A stretch of DNA of 41,752 nucleotides from Candidatus Limnocylindrales bacterium. GTDB taxonomy: Bacteria; Chloroflexota; Limnocylindria; Limnocylindrales; CSP1-4. The stretch covers positions 1 through 41,752 of the forward strand of contig DASVJA010000109.1 of assembly GCA_036386115.1 (NCBI GenBank), written 5' to 3'. Made by a program: the position numbers and the translations under genes. The notes beneath the pieces are model-generated. The model saw only the letters and a list, made by a program, of their open reading frames with translations. It ran no database searches and was not told the DNA's origin. Shown here piece by piece: positions 9,448 to 17,978 of the stretch (within the stretch, counting starts at the first letter, position 1; the number at the start of each line of letters is the position of its first letter).

Positions 9448-10902
9448 GTGCTCGAGGAGACCGCATTGACCGCCGACAAGCCAGAAGTCCAGGCCGACGA
9501 CCCGGGGCCATCCGTCGCGAACCTGGAGACGATCGTCTCGCTGAGCAAGCGGCGCGGCTTCATCTTCCCGAGCTCCGAGATATACGGCGGCATCAACGCC
9601 GTCTGGGACTACGGGCAGCTCGGCGTGGAGTTGAAGAACAACGTTAAGCGGGCCTGGTGGCGGGCCATGGTTCAGGAGCGGACGGACATCGTGGGGCTGG
9701 ACGCCAGCATCATCATGGCGCCCCAGGTTTGGGTGACCTCCGGCCATGTGGCCAACTTCACGGACCCGTTGGTGGAGTGCACGACCTGCCGCCGCCGCTA
9801 TCGCCTCGATGAACTGCCGGGCTGCGAGAATCTGACCAACACGGAGTTGATGGACCCCGAGGTCATCGACCGCCTGGGCCTCAAGTGCCCGGCCGATCAG
9901 GGCCCGCTGAGCGCCCCGCGCCGCTTCAACCTGATGTTCAAGACCTACATGGGCCCGGTCGAGGAAGAGGCCGCGCAGGTCTATCTCCGCCCGGAGACGG
10001 CTCAGGGCATATACGTCAACTTCAAGAACGTTCGCGAGACCGCCCGCAAGAAGCTGCCGTTCGGCATCGCTCAGATCGGCAAGGCTTTCCGCAACGAGAT
10101 CAGCCCCGGTAACTTCGTCTTCCGGATGCGCGAGTTCGAGCAGATGGAGATGCAGTATTTCGTGAAGCCGGAGACGGCGGCGGCCGCGTTCAACGATTGG
10201 AAGCCGCGCCGGATGGCCTGGTATGTGCGCTACGGCGTCAATCCGGCCCGTCTGCGCTTCCGCCAGCACCGTCCGGACGAACTGGCTCACTACGCGAAAG
10301 AAGCCTGGGACGTCGAGTACCGCTTCCCGTTCGGCTGGAAGGAACTCGAGGGCATCCATAACCGCGGCGACTGGGATCTCGGGCGGCACCAGGAGGCCAG
10401 CGGCGAGAACCTCGAGTACTTCGACCCGGCGACGGAGGAGAAGTACGTCCCGTGGATCGTCGAGACTTCCGCGGGCGGTGACCGCGCGGCCTTCACCTTC
10501 CTGATCGACGCCTACCGTGAGGAGGAAGTCCGCGGCGAGAAGCGCGTGGTACTCGGGTTCAACCCGGAGCTGGCGCCGTACAAGGTGGCCGTCTTGCCGC
10601 TGCTCAAGAAGCGCGAAGAGATCGTGGCCAAGTGTCACGCTCTGCGCGAGGACCTGGCCCAGGACATGATGGCCGTCTACGACGACACCGCGGCGATCGG
10701 CAAGCTTTACCGGCGCCAGGACGAGATCGGCACGCCCTGGTGCGTCACGATCGACGTCGACTCGCTGGAAGACGGCCAGGCGACCATCCGCGATCGAGAC
10801 ACGATGGAGCAGATCCGAGTCGATCTCTCGCAGGTCAAGCCGTACATCGAGGAACGCCTGGCGAAGGCTCGCATGCGGCCGGAGGCTGTTCCGCAGCCGT
10901 GA
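9448..10902 (+). CDS. glyQS: Glycine--tRNA ligase (dimeric alpha2 class II GlyRS)
   Basis: 'IVSLSKRRGFIFPSSEIYGGINAVWDYGQLGVELKNNVKRAWW' is the hallmark GlyQS N-terminus, and class II motifs and an anticodon-binding domain follow. The start may instead be TTG 9466, which sits 6 nt after a GAGGAG Shine-Dalgarno. Confidence 0.93.
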   Translation: MLEETALTADKPEVQADDPGPSVANLETIVSLSKRRGFIFPSSEIYGGINAVWDYGQLGVELKNNVKRAWWRAMVQERTDIVGLDASIIMAPQVWVTSGHVANFTDPLVECTTCRRRYRLDELPGCENLTNTELMDPEVIDRLGLKCPADQGPLSAPRRFNLMFKTYMGPVEEEAAQVYLRPETAQGIYVNFKNVRETARKKLPFGIAQIGKAFRNEISPGNFVFRMREFEQMEMQYFVKPETAAAAFNDWKPRRMAWYVRYGVNPARLRFRQHRPDELAHYAKEAWDVEYRFPFGWKELEGIHNRGDWDLGRHQEASGENLEYFDPATEEKYVPWIVETSAGGDRAAFTFLIDAYREEEVRGEKRVVLGFNPELAPYKVAVLPLLKKREEIVAKCHALREDLAQDMMAVYDDTAAIGKLYRRQDEIGTPWCVTIDVDSLEDGQATIRDRDTMEQIRVDLSQVKPYIEERLAKARMRPEAVPQP

Positions 10903-12134
10903 GTTCGGCGTCGGCGGCCGACAAGGCGCAACCGGCCCCTGCGGCCGGAGCGCGCGACTGGCCGTTCCGGACGAAGCTCGGCCGGTTGCCCCTGCCGCCG
11001 AAACGCGTTCGGCTTTGGGGCATGGCGCTGGCCCTTCTCGGTATCGTCCCGATAGATACCGCCGTCCAGAATGGCGGGGCTGACTTCCCCGCGTTCTGGG
11101 CCGGTGGTGGAACCGTCGGAACGCTCGACCTGGTGGATCCTGCCCGGCATATCGCCTGGCAGGCGGCTCACGGCGTGCCGATGCTGGACTGGCCGTATCC
11201 GCCCGCGGTTGCGTATCTCTATGCGCCTATTGCCCCGCTGCCGATCTGGTCAGGCTTCGTGATCCACGCCGTGGTGATGCTGGGTCTCGTGGCCCTGGCC
11301 GGTCTGCTGGCGGCGCGCGCCTTTGATCTCGCCCCGAATGTGGCTCTGCTCCTGGCGTTTGCGTGGGCGCCCTGCACCGCCGGTGCAGTCATGGGCCAGA
11401 ACGCGCCTCTCGCCGTCGTGCTGGCCCTGTGGGCGATCGATGCCCTGCGGCGTGACCGACCCATCGAGATCGGCCTGGCATGTGGACTGATGATGTACAA
11501 ACCCACTCTGGCGCTGCCTCTGATCGGGTTGCTGGTGCTGCGCGGCCGTTGGCAGGCCCTCATCGTGACCGGTGCGGTTGTCGCGGCCGGCTATCTGGCG
11601 AGTGTGCCGGCCGCGGCGGGGGACTGGGGCTGGCCCATGGCCTGGTGGAACGGTCTGCAGCCGTGGCTGGCCCGCGACTTGGTCGGCAATGCGGACAAGG
11701 CGATCAGCGTTCCGGGCTTGATCGGGCGCCTGCCGGGGGTGCCGCCGTGGCTGCCCAATGTCAGCGCGGCGACGATCGTGTTGCTCGCCCTGCGAGGCCT
11801 GCGGCGCGCCCCGATCGTTGAGGCCGGGGCCGCAGCTTGTTTGCTGGCTCTGGCCGTGGGGCCGCGTGTATGGGGTTACGAGGCGGGCCTGATGCTGCCG
11901 ATCATCGTCTGGGTCGCCGCCGGCGGCGTTTCGGAGCCGTGGCGGACGCGGCTCGTCTTCATCACCTTGCCGCTGGGCCTCTTCTGGCTCGTGTCTGAAT
12001 TCACCCTTGTCAGCGGCGTGGCCGTCGTGGTGATCGTGGCCACGGCGCTCTGGCTCTGGCGCTGGCGTCCGTTCGGACCGGAGCCGCGGTTTGAGCTCCG
12101 CGCGCGGACCATCGACCCGGGATCTGCGGCGTGA
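10899..12134 (+). CDS. GT87/DUF2029-family polytopic membrane glycosyltransferase (GT-C fold), paralog 1
   Basis: Multi-TM protein collinear with the next gene ('DFPAFW', 'YPP', 'GQNAPLA', 'MYKPTLALP', 'EPWRTR' are shared). Alignment to paralog 2 ('LPLPPKRVRLWGMALALLG' vs 'LPLRIARRRFWLWSIGLAAA') requires a start upstream of ATG 11022. GTG 10899 overlaps the glyQS stop (GTGA). Confidence 0.72.
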   Translation: MSSASAADKAQPAPAAGARDWPFRTKLGRLPLPPKRVRLWGMALALLGIVPIDTAVQNGGADFPAFWAGGGTVGTLDLVDPARHIAWQAAHGVPMLDWPYPPAVAYLYAPIAPLPIWSGFVIHAVVMLGLVALAGLLAARAFDLAPNVALLLAFAWAPCTAGAVMGQNAPLAVVLALWAIDALRRDRPIEIGLACGLMMYKPTLALPLIGLLVLRGRWQALIVTGAVVAAGYLASVPAAAGDWGWPMAWWNGLQPWLARDLVGNADKAISVPGLIGRLPGVPPWLPNVSAATIVLLALRGLRRAPIVEAGAAACLLALAVGPRVWGYEAGLMLPIIVWVAAGGVSEPWRTRLVFITLPLGLFWLVSEFTLVSGVAVVVIVATALWLWRWRPFGPEPRFELRARTIDPGSAA

Positions 12135-13315
12135 TGACGACAGCCGCTCGGCCGCTGCCTTTGAGGATCGCCCGCCGGCGGTTCTGGCTCTGGTCTATCG
12201 GGCTGGCCGCCGCGAGCGCCGTTCTCATCGTTGGTGGGCCCTTCAACGGCTTCGTGGACTTCCCCCAGTTCTGGTATGCCGGCAAACTCGCTGGCTCGCC
12301 GGATCTGCTCGATCCGGCTCGACAGACCGTATGGGAGCTGGCCCACGGGTTCAAGCCGTGGCAATTCCTCTATCCGCCGGGAACAGCCTGGCTCTACAGC
12401 CCGTTGGGCTACATCCCGATGGCGGCGGCCTTCTGGGTCCATGCCGCAGTCATAGCGCTGGCGGGAGCGACGGCAGGCTACGTTGGCGCGCGGACGTACG
12501 GCCTGGAGAGCAAGGTCGGGGTCATCGCGGCGCTCGCTTGGACGCCGATTCTGGCCGCTGCCGCCACGGGCCAAAACGCGCCGCTGGCCATGATGTTTGC
12601 CGTGATCGGCATCGACTGTCTCCGCCGCGACAAGCGCGTTCTAGCAGGCCTTGCGGTGGGGGCGATGCTCTACAAACCGACGCTGGCCCTGCCGATGTTC
12701 GCTCTGCTGGTCCTGCGCCGGCAGTGGACTTCGCTATTCGTGGCGATGGGAGTGGCGGTCGGCTGGTATCTGCTCGGGGTGGCCGGCAGCGCGGGCGACT
12801 GGATGTGGCCGATGCACTGGCTCTCGCTGACGTCGGGCTATTTCGCTCTGGACACCTACCAGAACGTCAACAAGACCGTGGCTCTGCCCGGGCTGATGAT
12901 GGGCCACGGCGTCCCCTCTCTGATCGCCTACGGTGCGGCGGTGGCTGTGGCCGTCGCCGCGCTGCCGCGCCTGCTCCGCTCGCCGATCGCCGAAGCCGGG
13001 GCCGGCGCCTGTCTAGTCGGCATCGTCGTCAGTCCGCACTCGCTTCAGTACGAGGCGGCGATGGTGCTGCCGATGCTCCTCTGGGCGGCCGGCGGAACCG
13101 GCTCCGGGCTGGCCGAGCCGTGGCGCACGCGCATTCTCGTCGGGGTTTACGTGTTGGCCGAGATGTACATCATCACGCCGTTTCTCGGCGTCAGCGTGTT
13201 TGCTGCGGTCACGTTCGGGGCCACCGCGATCTGGATCACGGGCTGGAAGAGGCAGGACGGGGAGCTCAATTCGCCTGCGGCGTCGGCCGCGCCTGCCGCC
13301 CTGGCTGAAGGATAG
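12131..13315 (+). CDS. GT87/DUF2029-family polytopic membrane glycosyltransferase (GT-C fold), paralog 2
   Basis: 394 aa, about 10 TM segments, with the same conserved blocks as paralog 1. GTGA overlap with the paralog 1 stop (ATG 12134 is an alternative start). Confidence 0.8.
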   Translation: MMTTAARPLPLRIARRRFWLWSIGLAAASAVLIVGGPFNGFVDFPQFWYAGKLAGSPDLLDPARQTVWELAHGFKPWQFLYPPGTAWLYSPLGYIPMAAAFWVHAAVIALAGATAGYVGARTYGLESKVGVIAALAWTPILAAAATGQNAPLAMMFAVIGIDCLRRDKRVLAGLAVGAMLYKPTLALPMFALLVLRRQWTSLFVAMGVAVGWYLLGVAGSAGDWMWPMHWLSLTSGYFALDTYQNVNKTVALPGLMMGHGVPSLIAYGAAVAVAVAALPRLLRSPIAEAGAGACLVGIVVSPHSLQYEAAMVLPMLLWAAGGTGSGLAEPWRTRILVGVYVLAEMYIITPFLGVSVFAAVTFGATAIWITGWKRQDGELNSPAASAAPAALAEG

Positions 13316-13461
13316 TCGCGCCGCCCATAGACGCGGCGTTGCCATCGCCTTGCTCGATCACTCGTGCGCTGGTCGGGACTCCTGCCGTTGAGTCTTGTTT
13401 CGAATGGTGAGTAGATGGATTATCTACGAGTCGATCGCTCAACAATCCAGGGGGAACACAC

Positions 13462-14121
13462 ATGTCGCGAAGAGCTTCATACCTCATTGCTGCCATTGCG
13501 GCGATCAGCCTGGTGGCCGGTTGTTCCAGCGGCTCCAGTGGCTCCAGCGCGCCGGCGACCGGCAGCCAGACGCAGGCGGCGGCAAGTCAGCAGGCGGCGG
13601 CAAGTCAGCAGCCGGGGTCAAGTGAGCAGGCGGCGGCAAGCCAGCAGATGGGCGGCCAGGCCCCTCAAGCTTGTTCAGTCTTGACCAAGGACCAGATTGG
13701 AACCGAGTTCGGGGCGACCTTCGCGGATGGCGCGGTCGACACCACGGTCCCACCGGTCGGTTCCACCGGGGGGAGTACCTGCAAGTTTCAGGCCAACACA
13801 GACGCCACCCACCCATGGACAGTCACGGTCTACGTCTTCGGCTTTGCGTCGGACGCCGCGGCGAGTGCCCAGATGACTCAGTACAAGCGCACGACCACGA
13901 CAACCGGAGCCCTGAATTGGGCAATCGTCGAACTCGCGGGCCCTGGGGACGAAGCCATCTACCACAATCTGATCTCGCTGGGCGACAAGCAGGAAGAGGT
14001 GATCGTCCGGAAGGGCAGCACCATCTACTGGCTGCTTGACACCATCGTCACCGGCATTGCGGACGTGACCGCAGCTCGGAACCACCTGGTGGCGCTGGCC
14101 ACGGTGGCGATCAGTCACTAA
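13462..14121 (+). CDS. Lipoprotein, DUF3558-like two-Cys architecture
   Basis: Signal peptide with lipobox 'SLVAG|C', a low-complexity S/G/Q/A linker with AAASQQ repeats, then a domain with two Cys ('ACSVLTKDQI', 'STCKFQ'). SD-like 'GGGGGA' lies upstream of the ATG. Confidence 0.7.
   Translation: MSRRASYLIAAIAAISLVAGCSSGSSGSSAPATGSQTQAAASQQAAASQQPGSSEQAAASQQMGGQAPQACSVLTKDQIGTEFGATFADGAVDTTVPPVGSTGGSTCKFQANTDATHPWTVTVYVFGFASDAAASAQMTQYKRTTTTTGALNWAIVELAGPGDEAIYHNLISLGDKQEEVIVRKGSTIYWLLDTIVTGIADVTAARNHLVALATVAISH
13573..13644 (+). repeat. Four tandem 18-nt units (caggcggcggcaagtcag) encoding the (Q)AAASQ linker repeats
   Basis: Units at 13573-13590 and 13591-13608 are identical. 13609-13626 is degenerate. 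13627-13644 differs from the identical units by 1 nt. All are in frame within the lipoprotein linker. Confidence 0.85.
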
Positions 14122-14187
14122 GACGGGTTGACGGCTCGGGCTTGCTCGGCCGACGGTCAAGGCGTCGGGCGTCCTGCGCCTCGGAAA

Positions 14188-15699
14188 CTAGTGCGCCGCC
14201 GCGGTCTCGCTGACGATCTCGATCGGGGCCGGCAGCTCGCCGCGCAGATACTTGTCGATGTTCTTGGCCGCGTTTTTGCCGTCACCCATGGCCAGGATGA
14301 CCGTGGCCGCGCCGCGGACGATGTCTCCGCCGGCAAAGACGCCTTCCATCGAGGTCTGCAGGTTTGCGTCGATCTCGATGTAGCCCCACTTGTTGACCTT
14401 CAGGTCCGGAGAGGTTGAGGTCAGCAGGGGATTGGACTTGGTGCCGATGGCGACGATGACCATGTCGCACTCGAAGATGAACTCCGAGCCGTGGATTTCG
14501 ATGGGGCGGCGACGGCCCGACGCATCGGGCTCGCCCAGCTCCATGCGAACGCACTTGAGGCCGGTGACCCAGCCCTTGTCGTCGCCCAGCACCTCGACGG
14601 GCGCCACGAGGAAGTCGAACCGAACGCCTTCCTGCTCGGCGTGGTGGACTTCTTCGGCCCGGGCCGGGAGCTCGTCACGCGAGCGGCGGTAGACACAGAC
14701 GGATTCGGCGGCGCCGAGGCGGCGGGCGGTTCGCACGGAGTCCATCGCCACGTTGCCGCCGCCGACGACCGCGACACGCTTGCCGTGGAGAATCGGCGTG
14801 TCCGATTCCGGGTTGTAAGCGCCCATCAAATTGACCCGGGTCAGGTACTCGTTGGCGGAATAGACGCCCTTGAGGTTCTCCCCGGGCACGTTCATGAAGA
14901 CCGGCAGCCCGGCTCCGACGGCCACGAAGACCGCGTCGAACTGCTCGCGCAGTTCAGGCAGGGTGTATGTCTTGCCGATGATCTGGTTGGGTCGGATCTC
15001 GACGCCATCGGCGACCAGCCGGTCCACTTCCTTCTGGACGATGTCCTTAGGAAGGCGGAACTCCGGGATGCCGTAGAGCAGGACGCCGCCGGCGGCGTGG
15101 AAGGCCTCGAAGATCGTGACCTTGTGGCCGCGCTTGGTCAACTCGCCCGCGGCGCTGAGGCCGGCCGGGCCGGAGCCAACGATGGCGACGGTCTTGCCTG
15201 AAGGCGCAGGCTGTGCGTCGACGAAGGCGTCGCGATTATTGAGGGCCCAGTCGGCGACAAAGCGCTCGAGATTGCCGATGCCCACGGGTGTGCCGGTCTT
15301 GGCTCGGAGGCAGACTTGCTCGCACTGGGTTTCTTGGGGGCAGACGCGGCCGGTGACACACGGCAGAGCGTTGTCGCTCAGCAGCGAGTCCGCCGCGCCC
15401 TTGATGTTGCCCTCGCTCAGGAGGCGGAGGAAGTTCGGGATGTTGACGGCGACGGGGCAGCCGTCCATGCAGAAGGGCTTGGGACACTGGAGGCAGCGAT
15501 CGGCCTCCATGATCGCCAGCTGCTCCGTGTAACCGAGGTTGACCTCGGCGAAGTTCCTGGCGCGCGCCATGGCGTCCTGCTCTGGCATGGCACCGCGCTG
15601 GATCTTCATCCGCTCCTTCTTGGGGAGCGGTTCGTGGTTTGCGGCAGAGCGGCCGGCCAGGGTATCGATGATCTCGTCCATGTTCCTCGGCTCGGTCAT
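14188..15699 (-). CDS. nfnB: NfnB/GltD/SudA-type FAD- and NAD(P)H-binding iron-sulfur oxidoreductase (glutamate synthase small-subunit-like)
   Basis: The ATG at 15699 gives 'MTEPRNMDEI...'. Cys clusters 'CLQCPKPFCMDGCP' and 'CVTGRVCPQETQCEQVC', plus two Rossmann motifs 'VAIVGSGPAGLSAA' and 'VAVVGGGNVAMD'. ATGA overlap with the upstream subunit. The Arg-rich 176 codons upstream in the ORF track overlap nfnA and are not coding. Confidence 0.9.
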   Translation of the reverse strand: MTEPRNMDEIIDTLAGRSAANHEPLPKKERMKIQRGAMPEQDAMARARNFAEVNLGYTEQLAIMEADRCLQCPKPFCMDGCPVAVNIPNFLRLLSEGNIKGAADSLLSDNALPCVTGRVCPQETQCEQVCLRAKTGTPVGIGNLERFVADWALNNRDAFVDAQPAPSGKTVAIVGSGPAGLSAAGELTKRGHKVTIFEAFHAAGGVLLYGIPEFRLPKDIVQKEVDRLVADGVEIRPNQIIGKTYTLPELREQFDAVFVAVGAGLPVFMNVPGENLKGVYSANEYLTRVNLMGAYNPESDTPILHGKRVAVVGGGNVAMDSVRTARRLGAAESVCVYRRSRDELPARAEEVHHAEQEGVRFDFLVAPVEVLGDDKGWVTGLKCVRMELGEPDASGRRRPIEIHGSEFIFECDMVIVAIGTKSNPLLTSTSPDLKVNKWGYIEIDANLQTSMEGVFAGGDIVRGAATVILAMGDGKNAAKNIDKYLRGELPAPIEIVSETAAAH

Positions 15700-16532
15700 G
15701 AGGCTGCCTGCGGATGCTCTTCGGTCCAGCGGGCGAGCGCCGCCTGCTCGGACTCGCGGTAGGTGGTGAGGCGGTCCGCCATCTGCCGGAAGTCGACCTT
15801 GTGGCCGTCGAATTCGGGGCCGTCGACGCAGGCGTATTCCGTCTTGCCGTCGATCGAGACGCGGCAGCCGCCGCACATCCCGGTGCCGTCGATCATGATC
15901 GAGTTGAGCGAGACGGTCGTCTTGATTGCGAACGGCCGGGTCAACTCCGAGCAGGCCCGCATCATCGGGACCGGCCCGACGGCGTAGACCTCGCCGATGC
16001 CGCCGGCTTCGCAGAGTTCCTTGAGCGCTTCGGTCACGAAGCCGTGGCGGCCGTAGCTGCCGTCGTCCGTGCATACGATCACGTCGCCGCAGGCCTTGAG
16101 CTCTTCCTCGCAGATGACCCATTCCTTGGATCGCCCGCCGATGACGCTCGTCACCTTCACGCCGTTGGCCGCCAGGGCCTGGGCGATGGGGTAGACCACT
16201 GCGGTACCGACGCCGCCGCCGACGCAAACTGCATGGCCCGATTCCAGCAGCTTTGTTGGGTTGCCGAGCGGGCCGGCGATGTCCTGGATCGAGTCGCCGA
16301 CGTTGAGGCCGGTCAGCTCAAAGGTGGTCTTGCCGACGGCCTGGATCACGAGCGAGATGGTGCCGGATGCCTTGTCCACGTCCGCGATGGTCAGCGGGAT
16401 GCGTTCGCCGCCGGGGCCACTCCGCACGATGACGAACTGGCCGGGCCGGCGGATCTGCGCGATTCGCGGGGCTTCCACGACGAGCCGGGTGACGTTCGGC
16501 GACAACTGCTCTTTGGCGACGATCGGGTGCAT
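15696..16532 (-). CDS. nfnA: NfnA/SudB/PyrK-like FAD and [2Fe-2S] ferredoxin-NADP reductase-type subunit
   Basis: 278 aa. FNR-like barrel ('RRPGQFVIVR', 'RIPLTIAD'), an NAD-binding fold ('VCVGGGVGTAVVYPIA') and a C-terminal Cys cluster 'CGGCRV...YACVDGP'. This is the standard partner of a GltD-like subunit. Confidence 0.9.
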   Translation of the reverse strand: MHPIVAKEQLSPNVTRLVVEAPRIAQIRRPGQFVIVRSGPGGERIPLTIADVDKASGTISLVIQAVGKTTFELTGLNVGDSIQDIAGPLGNPTKLLESGHAVCVGGGVGTAVVYPIAQALAANGVKVTSVIGGRSKEWVICEEELKACGDVIVCTDDGSYGRHGFVTEALKELCEAGGIGEVYAVGPVPMMRACSELTRPFAIKTTVSLNSIMIDGTGMCGGCRVSIDGKTEYACVDGPEFDGHKVDFRQMADRLTTYRESEQAALARWTEEHPQAAS

Positions 16533-16552
16533 TTCTCTCCGCTGAGTACTCG

Positions 16553-16577
16553 CGTAAACGTTGCGTACGCTACTAAT
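16553..16577. promoter_or_regulatory. Motif pair CGTAAACG (16553-16560) and GCTACTAAT (16569-16577) in an AT-rich island just upstream of nfnA
   Basis: Both words recur on one strand in the ech/hyp divergent region (23638-23656). The embedded palindromes AACGTT and GCGTACGC lie between them. Confidence 0.35.
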
Positions 16578-16851
16578 ACTTCAACCAGTATAGTGACCGT
16601 CCGGCTCCGTGCGGGCTACGCCGATTGCGGCCCATACCACCCTGCCATTGGTCACGTCGCCACCCATTCGGAGGGGTGGTGTCGGAGGGGATTATGCGCG
16701 GGTCAGGGGGCGGGGTGGAGGTGGTCATACGCGCTGATGGCCTCAGGGGCTACGGCGTGGTGGCCGGCGCAGCCGGACTGCGGTGCGGATGCGAGTCAGA
16801 GCCACCGCAAGTCCTGTAATCTTCTCGGCACCGTGGGCGCTTAGGGGATGC

Positions 16852-17304
16852 GTGCCCGGACCACCATCAAGGGGAGTGTTTCGCTGGTACTCCTGTCCTC
16901 GTTGCATGGCGATTCTTGTACCCGGGACGAGTTTCTGTCCGCAGTGCGGAATGCAATTCGCCGCCCCTGTGCCGCCCCAGGTGTCGGGGACTCAGATGCC
17001 GAGCATGCCTCCGGCCGCCATTCAGCCACCGGCCGCGCCTCAGTTCATGCCGCCGCCACCGGCCCAGTTTCAAGGACCGGCTTCGCTGCCATACCAGGCC
17101 CCACCGGCAGCTCAGGCCTCTCCATACTCATTCCAGTCGCAACAGCCGTATCAGTACCAGGCTCGTTCCGCCGGAAGTGGCAACTCCGCCGGCACGATGT
17201 TCCTGGCTCTCCTGTGGCAGTTCCGATCCTGCGGCTGCGCCCTCGTGCTCACGTTGGGATCCCTGCTGTTCGTGGTCCTTCTGGCAGTGCTGGCGGCGCG
17301 GTAG
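16852..17304 (+). CDS. Zinc-ribbon protein with a P/Q-rich spacer and a C-terminal TM anchor
   Basis: A 'CPRC...CPQCG' zinc ribbon, a roughly 80-aa Pro/Gln/Ala low-complexity region, then the hydrophobic C-terminus 'ALVLTLGSLLFVVLLAVLAA'. Start is uncertain (GTG 16852 or GTG 16876; both keep the first CxxC). Confidence 0.55.
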   Translation: MPGPPSRGVFRWYSCPRCMAILVPGTSFCPQCGMQFAAPVPPQVSGTQMPSMPPAAIQPPAAPQFMPPPPAQFQGPASLPYQAPPAAQASPYSFQSQQPYQYQARSAGSGNSAGTMFLALLWQFRSCGCALVLTLGSLLFVVLLAVLAAR

Positions 17305-17357
17305 TCGGAAGTTGCGATCGTGGGACCAGCAGGCGACTAAGGCAATCTGTCCCGCCG

Positions 17358-17882
17358 TCAGCCGGTCGCCTCGAGCAGCTTCATGACTGCTGCCGCGGCT
17401 GCCGGGACGGAGGCCTGAACCGCCGGACTCAACCCCTCCGCGAACTCGTCCCTGGCCTCTATCTGGATTGTGACCGTGTCGATCCGGTCCGGCAGGTCGG
17501 CGCCGAGCCGGCGGCCCAGTTCCAGGGCGGAGTCGAGCGACACGTCGTGGGCCGAGTCGAGGTGGCCGGCACCGCCGCCCTCAAGGTCGGAGAACGGTCC
17601 GGAGCGGACCTCACCTAGTGGCCGGCCGGGGAATTGGGCGGCATCGATGAAGATCGCGGCGTCGTAGCCGGAGACCGTCTCCATCAGCGTGAGGCCACCG
17701 ACGCCGAGGCGCTCAATGCGCACCGCCGGCATTGTCCGGCCGGCCGCCCGCGCCGCACCGAGCGCCGCCTCAACCTCATCCGCGACGCGCCAGCCCACGC
17801 CGTCGTCGCCGAGCACGGGATTGCCCAGGCCGATGACGATGATGCTGGTTTGCGAGGCGCTCGTTGGTTGGTTGGCCGGCAT
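17358..17882 (-). CDS. [NiFe]-hydrogenase maturation endopeptidase (HycI/HybD/HoxW family)
   Basis: 'IIVIGLGNPVLGDDGVGWRVADEV' is the family N-terminal signature. Candidate Ni-ligand positions are present (Asp in GDDG, Asp in 'IFIDAA', His in 'DSAHDVSL'). Confidence 0.85.
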   Translation of the reverse strand: MPANQPTSASQTSIIVIGLGNPVLGDDGVGWRVADEVEAALGAARAAGRTMPAVRIERLGVGGLTLMETVSGYDAAIFIDAAQFPGRPLGEVRSGPFSDLEGGGAGHLDSAHDVSLDSALELGRRLGADLPDRIDTVTIQIEARDEFAEGLSPAVQASVPAAAAAVMKLLEATG

Positions 17883-17978
17883 GGTCGGGATTATGAGGCA
17901 CGCAAAGAAGCCGGCCGATCCGCTGGGGACCGACCGGCTCGAGGGTTCGATATCAGGCGGGGCGGCGCCGCCCGGCCT

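Noticed and set aside
9226-10638. 470-aa ORF antisense to glyQS
   Set aside because: The sense strand encodes an unmistakable GlyRS. The antisense translation is low-complexity (R/L/A/E/D-rich) with no domain signature.
12091-13308. 405-aa alternative-frame ORF over GT87 paralog 2
   Set aside because: The translation is Arg/Gly/Ala-rich. The +1 frame (12131-13315) gives a coherent multi-TM protein collinear with its paralog.
15700-16227. N-terminal 176 codons of ORF 14188-16227, and the 376-aa ORF 15714-16844 on the plus strand
   Set aside because: Both overlap nfnA. The extension is poly-Arg-like, and the real nfnB start is the ATG at 15699, which overlaps the nfnA stop (ATGA).
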